Source of the DNA: Gemmatimonadaceae bacterium
GTDB lineage: Bacteria > Gemmatimonadota > Gemmatimonadetes > Gemmatimonadales > Gemmatimonadaceae
Assembly (NCBI GenBank): GCA_035317585.1
Contig: DATHGO010000095.1
Location: forward strand, 1-53,540
Length of the DNA: 53,540 nt
Reading direction: 5' to 3'
In this document: piece after piece, positions 46,364 to 53,540 of the stretch
How positions within the stretch are numbered: position 1 is the first letter of the stretch
Layout of the letters: the number at the start of each line of letters is the position of its first letter
Translations under genes and position numbers: made by a program
Notes under the pieces: generated by a model
Database searches by the model: none
Told to the model about the DNA's origin: nothing
What the model saw: only the letters and a program-made list of their open reading frames with translations

Positions 46364-47727
46364 GCATCACTCCAAGCAGTGATAAAAGCGTAAGGGAAGC
46401 ATATTCAGCCGATGCATCGGGTCTTCATCTGGTTCCGGAGCTCGTAGGTCGACCTGAGTCTGTCGAGGAGGTCGTCGAGATTGTGCGCCAGGCGACGGCT
46501 GACCGCACTCCGATCACGTGCGCGGGCGCGCAGACAAGCACGACGGCTGCATCCATTACCGACAAGGGAATGCTTCTGTCCCTCCGCTCTCTCGATCGCA
46601 TTTCAGCGATCGACGAAGAGACAAAAACGATCAGGGTCGAGCCCGGAGCTCTCGTCGGAGAAATCAAGAGAACCGCGGCTGCTGCTGGTCTTCTCTTCGC
46701 CCCGGACCCGACCAGTGAGGAAGAGTCCACGATTGGCGGAGCGATTGCCTGCAACGCGTCCGGTGCTCGCACCTTTAAATACGGCGCAACACGGAAGCAC
46801 GTACAGGCGCTGAAAGTAGTGATGGCAAGCGGCGAGATGATGGAGTTCCGCAGAACCAATCTCGAGAAGAACACTGTTGGCTACGCCTTTGCCCATGATC
46901 CCATCGACTGGTTTATCGGCAGCGAAGGTACGCTCGGAATAGTCGTGGAGGCCGAGCTCGCTCTCTTGCCTCTACCGACCCACGTCGTTGGACTCGCGGT
47001 TTTCTTTGGCACAGAAGAGGCTGCGCTAAGCTTCGTAGTAGCTGCGCGTGAGTCGCGAACAGTCACGCCACGCTGCATCGAGTACTTCGATGATCAGGCA
47101 ATCGGGATCGCGCGCGCCGCGGCCCACGGCGAAATGTTGCCCGATGGAGCGAAGGCGATGGTATACGTGGAAGAAGAGGTTCGCGATGATCTTGATTCGA
47201 CGCTTGGTGAATGGAGCGACCTCATCCAGTCAACGGTCACCGATTTTGACCCGCTGGTTTTTGATGGTGAGGCAAGGTTGAGAGAGGCCCGACAAATTCG
47301 TCACAGTATTCCATCGACGATGAACGAGCGAGGGACGAAGTATAGCGGCGCAGGCGGAAGGAAGGTTTCAACCGATTGGGCAGTGCCGTATCGTAAAGTC
47401 GCTGAAGCAATCCGAATTGCACGCGAACTCGCAGTGGAGCATCAAATTGGGCAGGCGGTGATTTACGGCCACGCCGGCAACGGACACCCTCATCAGAACT
47501 TCATCGCTCGCGATATGCGAGAGCTTGCTACTATAGAAGTGGTAGTCGAACAAACGCTGAGACACGTGCTTGCCCTCGGCGGGACGGTGGCGGCGGAGCA
47601 TGGGATTGGAAAGATCAAACGCAGGTGGCTTCCGCTCCAGATGAACGGGCTCCAGATAGCGATGATGACGGCGGTGAAGAGAGAGCTCGACCCTTTCGGA
47701 ATTCTCGCCCCCGGAAATATTCTGTGA
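46360..47727 (+). CDS. FAD-linked 2-hydroxyacid dehydrogenase (GlcD/D2HGDH/D-LDH family)
   Basis: PDP.S...STIGG..A.NA.G...KYG, GSEGTLG, HAGNGHPH, EHGIG and DP.GIL.PG. Confidence 0.88.
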   Translation: MSITPSSDKSVREAYSADASGLHLVPELVGRPESVEEVVEIVRQATADRTPITCAGAQTSTTAASITDKGMLLSLRSLDRISAIDEETKTIRVEPGALVGEIKRTAAAAGLLFAPDPTSEEESTIGGAIACNASGARTFKYGATRKHVQALKVVMASGEMMEFRRTNLEKNTVGYAFAHDPIDWFIGSEGTLGIVVEAELALLPLPTHVVGLAVFFGTEEAALSFVVAARESRTVTPRCIEYFDDQAIGIARAAAHGEMLPDGAKAMVYVEEEVRDDLDSTLGEWSDLIQSTVTDFDPLVFDGEARLREARQIRHSIPSTMNERGTKYSGAGGRKVSTDWAVPYRKVAEAIRIARELAVEHQIGQAVIYGHAGNGHPHQNFIARDMRELATIEVVVEQTLRHVLALGGTVAAEHGIGKIKRRWLPLQMNGLQIAMMTAVKRELDPFGILAPGNIL

Positions 47728-48368
47728 GCCGTTTCAATTCCGTGGTGCTCGATGTCGACTCGACTTTGAGTGGAATCGAAGGCATCGACTGGCTGGCTTC
47801 ATTGCGGGGTGCTGAACTCAAAGCATGGAGCGCCGCACTGACGGAAAGGGCGATGGAGGGGAAGCTTCCGATCGAAGCCGTCTATAGCGAAAGAATGCGA
47901 GCAATAAAGCCTGCCTTGGCGGAAATCGAGCAATTGGGACGAGTTTATGTCGAGCGCATGGCGCCGCATGCCCGGGAAACGCTTACGGAGCTGAGAGCAC
48001 GCGGGATAGAGCTGGTAATGGTAAGTGGCGGACTGCGCGAGGCGATACTACCTCTTGCCAGAGAGCTTGGTGTCGACGAACAGCGAGTCCATGCGGTATC
48101 CGTGTTCTTCGACGAAGAGGGGAATTACGCTGGATTCGATGAGCGGTCTCTCCTGACGCAGCAGGACGGAAAACGGATCACAGTGCGCGACATGGGTCTA
48201 AGAGGTCCGATACTGGCAGTCGGTGATGGGATGACCGATTGTGAAATCAGGCAAGTAGTGGAAGGTTTTGCTGCCTTCACCGGATTCATGCGGCGCGAGC
48301 CCGTCGTGCAACGCGCCGATTTCGTGATTGAGAACTTCGACCAACTGAGAAAACTGATACTGGAATGA
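47724..48368 (+). CDS. serB: Phosphoserine phosphatase (HAD-IB)
   Basis: DVDST, EGID, T..AM.G, VSGG and GDG.TD, in a serA operon. GTG start at 47724. Confidence 0.8.
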   Translation: MSRFNSVVLDVDSTLSGIEGIDWLASLRGAELKAWSAALTERAMEGKLPIEAVYSERMRAIKPALAEIEQLGRVYVERMAPHARETLTELRARGIELVMVSGGLREAILPLARELGVDEQRVHAVSVFFDEEGNYAGFDERSLLTQQDGKRITVRDMGLRGPILAVGDGMTDCEIRQVVEGFAAFTGFMRREPVVQRADFVIENFDQLRKLILE

Positions 48369-49462
48369 GCCCAACAAAACCGTTCGGCACTTTTTTCCTG
48401 CCAGGACCGACCGAAGTTCGCGAAGAAATCATGGCGGCCATGATTCAGCCGATGATTCCGCATCGCGGGCCTGAGTTCGAACAACTATTCGAGCGACTTC
48501 AGCAAGGTCTTCGTCCGCTATTCAAGACGGAGCGCCCGGTTTACATCAGCTCGTCATCAGCGACCGGAATGATGGAGGCGGCAATCCGCTGCGCTCCGCC
48601 AGGTCGGATCCTTTGTCTGGTAAACGGGGCGTTCTCGGAACGATTTGCGCACATTGCCTCGATGTGCGCCCGCGATGTCGATCGCTACGATGTCGCATGG
48701 GGACAGGTGCACGCGATTCCGCAGCTGGACGAGCGTCTGTCGATGCGAAAATACACCGCGATCACGGTTGTTCATTCCGAGACCTCGACCGGTGCCCTTA
48801 ACGATGTGCGCGCGATCTCGGATTGTGCGCATCGTCACGGTGTCGCTTGCCTGATCGACAGCGTTAGCGGACTCGGGGGAGCGGAGCTTCGTTTCGATGA
48901 ATGGAAACTCGATTACGTGTTGACTGGCTCGCAGAAAGCGCTGGCCCTTCCGCCGGGTCTTTCTTTCGGCGTAGCATCGACGAGCTTCGTCGATCAGGCG
49001 AATGGGACCCACGGTCGCGGCGTCTACTTCGACCTTGTCGAGCTCGATGCATACGCGCGGCGGAACCAGACGCCGAGTACCCCAGCGCTCACTCTGCTCT
49101 ATGCCCTGGAAGCGCAGGCCAAATCGATAGCGGCGGAGGGACTCGAGGCCCGATGGGCGCGGCACAAGGCGATGGCTGCGCGTACCCAGGAATGGGTGAC
49201 GAAAATCAGCGACGAAACGGGAAAGAAGTTAGCCAACATCGCTCCTCTCGGATCTCAGTCGCCGACGGTGTCTACCATCAGGCTTCCCTCGGATGTCCCC
49301 GCGGAAGGCTTCACCGCCGCAGTGGCAAAACGCGGAATCGTAGTCGGAACCGGCTACGGCAAGCTGAAAAGCTCCACCTTTCGCATCGGCCACATGGGAG
49401 ACCACACCATGGAATCGCTCGAGCGCTGCCTTGCAGCGTGCTCGAGCGTGCTGCGTTCTTGA
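48365..49462 (+). CDS. Class V PLP aminotransferase (AGT/SPT-like; SerC role inferred)
   Basis: PGPT, HR...F, HSETSTG, D.VS, GSQKAL..PPG and FRIGHMG. Confidence 0.88.
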   Translation: MSPTKPFGTFFLPGPTEVREEIMAAMIQPMIPHRGPEFEQLFERLQQGLRPLFKTERPVYISSSSATGMMEAAIRCAPPGRILCLVNGAFSERFAHIASMCARDVDRYDVAWGQVHAIPQLDERLSMRKYTAITVVHSETSTGALNDVRAISDCAHRHGVACLIDSVSGLGGAELRFDEWKLDYVLTGSQKALALPPGLSFGVASTSFVDQANGTHGRGVYFDLVELDAYARRNQTPSTPALTLLYALEAQAKSIAAEGLEARWARHKAMAARTQEWVTKISDETGKKLANIAPLGSQSPTVSTIRLPSDVPAEGFTAAVAKRGIVVGTGYGKLKSSTFRIGHMGDHTMESLERCLAACSSVLRS

Positions 49463-51411
49463 CCCAGGTATCCGTCTCGAATGCCGGTGTCGAGTTCGGC
49501 GCATCACGGATCTTCGAGGGAATAACATTCACCGTAGGTCGGGGTGACCGCTGGGGTATCCTGGGCCGGAACGGAAGCGGCAAGACGACTCTCTTCCGCC
49601 TGATCACGGGCGCGCAAAAACCGACCGAAGGGACCATTACGCGGCAGCCCGACCTGCGATTCGGCCTCCTCGAGCAGCACCGCGACTTCGGCGGAGCTGA
49701 AACGGTGTGGGAAGCCGGCGCAGGGGAGTTTGCCGATTTGCTGGCTTTGGAGCGCTCCCTTGCTGAACAGGCCCACGTTCTGTCACAAGTGGGTGAGTCT
49801 GCCACACCGCAACTACTCGCAAGGTATGATCGCGACCTCGAGCGGTTCGATCGCGAAGGCGGCTATACTTTCACTCCGCGAGTGGACGCCGTGCTGCAGG
49901 GACTGGGCTTCGATGCGGAGAAAGCACGCACTCAGCCGCTCGAACAATTGAGTGGCGGTGAACGCGGAAGGCTTGGATTGGCGAGGCAACTGGTGAGTGG
50001 CGCCGATATCCTGCTTCTGGATGAGCCAACGAATCACCTCGATCTGGAAACAACACGCTGGCTGGAGGACTACCTTCGAAATACGGACAAAACGGTTCTG
50101 CTGATCAGTCATGATCGCGCGTTTCTGGCAAACGTAGTGGATCACGTGCTCCATCTCGAAGGCGGAAGTGCGGTCACATATACGGGAAGCTATGAATCAT
50201 TCGTCATTCAGCGGGAAGAACGGAGACTGAGCCAGCGTCGCGCCTATGATAAGCAGCGCAAAGTGATAGCCGAAGAGGAGGATTACATCAGGCGCAACAT
50301 CGCCGGTCAGAACTCGAAGCAGGCCAAAGGTCGTCGCAAGCGACTCAGCAGGGCTCCGCGACTCAGCGCTCCCACCGCGGAGGAGGGAAGTGCCCTGGGC
50401 TTGAGACTCGACGTCTCAGCGCGAGGTGGTGATCAAGTCGCGATAGCGCGGGCCGTAACGCTGGAAGTCGAAGGGAGAACTCTGATCTCGGACTTTACCG
50501 CGACCATTCAGCGTGGCGATGTGGTCGGCTTCGTCGGTCCGAACGGCAGTGGAAAATCGACCTTCCTCCGCGCGCTCATGGGTGAGCGCGACGTCTCGAG
50601 CGGAGAGTTGAGGATAGGTGGATCAGTGGAGCCCAGCTACTATCGCCAGGATATGGCGCAGGTCCCCCTGGACCGAACACTCTATGACGTAATAAGCGAG
50701 CTCAGACCGCAATGGGAGCGCCGCCAGGTTCAGGGTCATCTCGCCAGGTTTGGGTTTTCCGGCGATGAGGCTCAGCGTCGTGCCGACACGCTATCTGGTG
50801 GGGAGCGCGCCCGGGTTGCGCTCGCGATGATGGTTCTTGGCCGGGCGAACTTTCTTCTGCTCGACGAGCCGACAAATCATCTTGACATCGAATCGGTGGA
50901 AGCTCTCGAAGACGCCCTCGGCGAGTACGAAGGAACGATACTGCTGGTGAGTCACGATCGGGCAATGCTGGAAGCGCTGAGCTCGCGGGTTTGGATTCTT
51001 CACGAGCGCCACGTCACCGATTTTCCGGGATCCTTCACTGAATGGGAGGAGCAAAGCCGGGAACGTGAGCACGCGGCGGCGGTCACCGCCGCAGAGCAGG
51101 AATCACTGCGGCGGGTCAGGGAGCACAAGACGACCAAACGACGCGAGACACAGGGAGTCGAGAGCCGTACCGCGCTTCGCGAGGTGCGCCGGCGAGTCGA
51201 AGATTCGGAGAAAGAGGTTGCTGCCCTCGAGAAAAAGATCGTGGAGCTTACGGTACTCCTCGAGGATCCGGAGCTCTACACGACCCGCGAGGGAACCGAC
51301 AAATCCCTGCTTGCAGGCAGGGAGCTGGACGAAGCACGACGCGAGCTCGACATCGCGATTGAAAAGTGGACAGCGGTGACAGAACAGGCGGAACAGCTAT
51401 CGGCGACCTGA
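49459..51411 (+). CDS. ABC-F family ATPase (Uup-like C-terminal coiled coil)
   Basis: Two NBDs (GRNGSGKT / GPNGSGKS, LSGGE, LLDEPTNHLD), no TM. TTG start at 49459 overlaps the upstream stop. Confidence 0.92.
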   Translation: MTQVSVSNAGVEFGASRIFEGITFTVGRGDRWGILGRNGSGKTTLFRLITGAQKPTEGTITRQPDLRFGLLEQHRDFGGAETVWEAGAGEFADLLALERSLAEQAHVLSQVGESATPQLLARYDRDLERFDREGGYTFTPRVDAVLQGLGFDAEKARTQPLEQLSGGERGRLGLARQLVSGADILLLDEPTNHLDLETTRWLEDYLRNTDKTVLLISHDRAFLANVVDHVLHLEGGSAVTYTGSYESFVIQREERRLSQRRAYDKQRKVIAEEEDYIRRNIAGQNSKQAKGRRKRLSRAPRLSAPTAEEGSALGLRLDVSARGGDQVAIARAVTLEVEGRTLISDFTATIQRGDVVGFVGPNGSGKSTFLRALMGERDVSSGELRIGGSVEPSYYRQDMAQVPLDRTLYDVISELRPQWERRQVQGHLARFGFSGDEAQRRADTLSGGERARVALAMMVLGRANFLLLDEPTNHLDIESVEALEDALGEYEGTILLVSHDRAMLEALSSRVWILHERHVTDFPGSFTEWEEQSREREHAAAVTAAEQESLRRVREHKTTKRRETQGVESRTALREVRRRVEDSEKEVAALEKKIVELTVLLEDPELYTTREGTDKSLLAGRELDEARRELDIAIEKWTAVTEQAEQLSAT

Positions 51412-51437
51412 TCGATCAGAACCGCTGACGAATCCGA

Positions 51438-52394
51438 TCAGAACTCGCCGATGAATCCGATCTCCACCTCGAGATTCTGGCCGAACCGCTCACGCACCTT
51501 GTCCTGCGCCATGGTGATCAGCTCGCGGACATTCTTCGCGGTCGCCTTTCCCAAATTGACCATGATGTTCGCGTGAATATGGGAGATCTGGGCATCCCCG
51601 TGTCGGAACCCCTTCAAACCGACCTGATCGATCAGGCGTCCGGCTCCGACGCCTTCGATCTTCTTGAATATCGAGCCGGCGCTGGGATGATACTCGAGCC
51701 AGGGATGCTTGCCGCCACGCCAGCTGAGGTTTTCCTGCATGATGCGATGCATTACCGACCTGTCTCCGGGCTCCAGCTGGAATGTCACCGCCAGAGCGAT
51801 GTCCCGCTGCTTATGGAGGGTGCTCGTGTCGTAGCCGAACTGCATGTATTCCCGGTCTACGGTTTCCCGTCTACCGTCGTGGGTAAGCAGCTGGGCTGAC
51901 TTAAAGACCTCGGCAATGAACATCGTTCTCTCACGGTCCGGAGCCGGGGAGAGAAAGTGAAGATTCTGCCACACCGCCCCACCCACTGTGCTCGGAATTC
52001 CAACGTAGTGTTCCAGCCCTGACAGCCCGCGCTCGACGGCCTGGGGTATCAACTTCGCCATTACCGCGCCGCTCTCGACCCAGAGCCTTCCATCGTCGAA
52101 GAACTCGAGGTGGCTCGAAGTATTGCGGATGATCAACCCCCGGAATCCCTTGTCTCCGATCAGAATGTTGGCGCCCAGCCCGAGCACGAAATACTCGAGC
52201 CCGAGATCCCGTGCGGCGGTAACTGCCCCTGCCAGATCCTCGACCGATGTTGCATCGTAGAAGAGATCGGCGGGACCACCAATCTTGAATGTGGTGTATT
52301 GAGCAAGAGGCTCATTGCGCTTGAGCCTCTTGGCGTCCAGTCGAGTCAACAATTGCCCGTAGGAGTCCGCACGGGCCTTCTCAGAATCTGACAT
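51438..52394 (-). CDS. murB: UDP-N-acetylmuramate dehydrogenase
   Basis: TTFKIGGPA, G.G.N.L..D.G, GLSGLE...GIP.TVGG, PSAGSIFK, S..HAN and LE.E. Confidence 0.93.
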   Translation of the reverse strand: MSDSEKARADSYGQLLTRLDAKRLKRNEPLAQYTTFKIGGPADLFYDATSVEDLAGAVTAARDLGLEYFVLGLGANILIGDKGFRGLIIRNTSSHLEFFDDGRLWVESGAVMAKLIPQAVERGLSGLEHYVGIPSTVGGAVWQNLHFLSPAPDRERTMFIAEVFKSAQLLTHDGRRETVDREYMQFGYDTSTLHKQRDIALAVTFQLEPGDRSVMHRIMQENLSWRGGKHPWLEYHPSAGSIFKKIEGVGAGRLIDQVGLKGFRHGDAQISHIHANIMVNLGKATAKNVRELITMAQDKVRERFGQNLEVEIGFIGEF

Positions 52395-53540
52395 GTCCGA
52401 AAGAAAAGGTGTCCTGCGTCGCTGCGCTACTCTTGTGCTTCTCGTATCAGCGCTTGCTCCGCTGCAGGCGCGGGGCCAGCGAGCGGAACTCGAGAAGATC
52501 ATTCAACGCAAGGTTCTCGCGAATGGGCTCGAGGTAATCGTCGTCGAGAACCACGGCGTTCCGCTAGCGACGATCGAGATCGACGTAAAGAACGGGTCAT
52601 TTACCCAGAGTCCCGAGTATGAGGGACTGGCTCACATGTACGAGCACATGTTCTTCCGCGCCAATTCGAAATATCCGGAGCCGAATCAATTCTGGGACAG
52701 GGCGTCGGATCTCGGAGCGGTGTTCAACGGAACTACCCAGGAAGAACGAGTCAACTATTACATGACCGTCCCGGCGGAAAAATTGGGAGACGCAATCGAG
52801 CTCCTTGCCACGGCGGTAAAAGGGCCGTTGTTCCGACGCGACGAGCTCGAGCGGGAACGGCAGGTTGTAATCGGAGAGTACGATAGAAACGAGTCGAGCC
52901 CGTTCTTCGAGCTCTCGCGCCAGGCGGATGCAAAGCTCTATCCCGGGAACTTCAGCAGAAAGGACGTAATCGGTGACCGGCAGATAGTTCTGACCACGAC
53001 ACCCGAAAAAATGCGTTTCATTCAGAACAAGTATTACGTCCCGAACAACTCTGCCCTGATTGTTTCCGGCGATGTAAACCCAGCCACCGTGTTTGCTCTC
53101 GCCGAGCGCGAGCTGGGACAGTGGAGTCGCGGCGCCGATCCGTTCGTCGCGGATCCGATTCCGGCGATTCCTCCGCTCCAGAAAAGCGAGGGAGTTCTGG
53201 TCGAAGCGCCGGTCGGCGCGGTGACCGTTCAGGTTCAGTGGCAGGGTCCGAGCGTCGGACAGGATCCCAAATCAACCTACGCGGCGGATGTGTTTTCGGA
53301 CGTGATGAACGATCCGGGGTCGAAGTTCCAGCAAAGGCTTGTCGACAGCGGATTATGGCAAGCGGTTGGAGTCAACTACTACACTCTCAATCACACCGGA
53401 CCCATTACCATCAGTGGACAGACATCGCCTGAACAACTTCGCGATGCGCTTGCTGCCCTTTATGGCGAGATCGGGAAGTTCGATACGCCGGGCTACTTCA
53501 CATCCGATGAGCTCGAGGCAGTCAAAGCGCATCGGGCGGT
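52393..53540 (+). CDS. Secreted M16 zinc peptidase (partial; runs off the window)
   Basis: Not in the track. MSERKGVLRRCATLVLLVSALAPLQA...LANGL...GLAHMYEHMFF (HxxEH)...YYVPNNS. Start uncertain. Confidence 0.88.
   Translation, partial: MSERKGVLRRCATLVLLVSALAPLQARGQRAELEKIIQRKVLANGLEVIVVENHGVPLATIEIDVKNGSFTQSPEYEGLAHMYEHMFFRANSKYPEPNQFWDRASDLGAVFNGTTQEERVNYYMTVPAEKLGDAIELLATAVKGPLFRRDELERERQVVIGEYDRNESSPFFELSRQADAKLYPGNFSRKDVIGDRQIVLTTTPEKMRFIQNKYYVPNNSALIVSGDVNPATVFALAERELGQWSRGADPFVADPIPAIPPLQKSEGVLVEAPVGAVTVQVQWQGPSVGQDPKSTYAADVFSDVMNDPGSKFQQRLVDSGLWQAVGVNYYTLNHTGPITISGQTSPEQLRDALAALYGEIGKFDTPGYFTSDELEAVKAHRA

Noticed and set aside
48901-49458. 836-aa version of the ABC-F protein
   Set aside because: The extension lies out of frame inside the aminotransferase gene; TTG 49459 is the coupled start.
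1-53540. CRISPR arrays, IS/prophage/integrase, defence systems, tRNA/rRNA
   Set aside because: No spaced repeats, mobility genes or such RNA signatures were seen; nearly all DNA is explained by housekeeping genes.

Overview
Origin-proximal core chromosome of a GC-rich bacterium; the gene repertoire suggests Gemmatimonadota (inference, not verified). It is almost fully coding. It contains rpmH-rnpA-yidD-yidC-(MBL hydrolase)-mnmE divergent from dnaA-oriC-dnaN, the RNase P RNA gene rnpB, polA, parAB with twin parS sites, mnmG, holA-SPOR-mutS, an ECF sigma/anti-sigma pair, M16 peptidases, upp, pyrE, murB and a translationally coupled serA / FAD 2-hydroxyacid dehydrogenase / serB / class V aminotransferase / ABC-F operon. 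I saw no mobile element, CRISPR, tRNA or rRNA. Four genes missing from the ORF track were read by hand: mutS (partial), rpmH, a 58-aa DUF4177-like ORF and a partial secreted M16 peptidase. Best leads: (1) the conserved N-terminus of rnpA has no canonical start codon and overlaps a C-terminally extended rpmH; (2) a serine-synthesis operon with a built-in D-2-hydroxyglutarate-dehydrogenase-like gene; (3) a second DnaA-box/IHF-like module behind parB; (4) a recurrent TANNTT-N6-start leaderless architecture; (5) a sigma54-type promoter upstream of the ECF sigma gene. All calls come from manual motif recognition; no database search was run.
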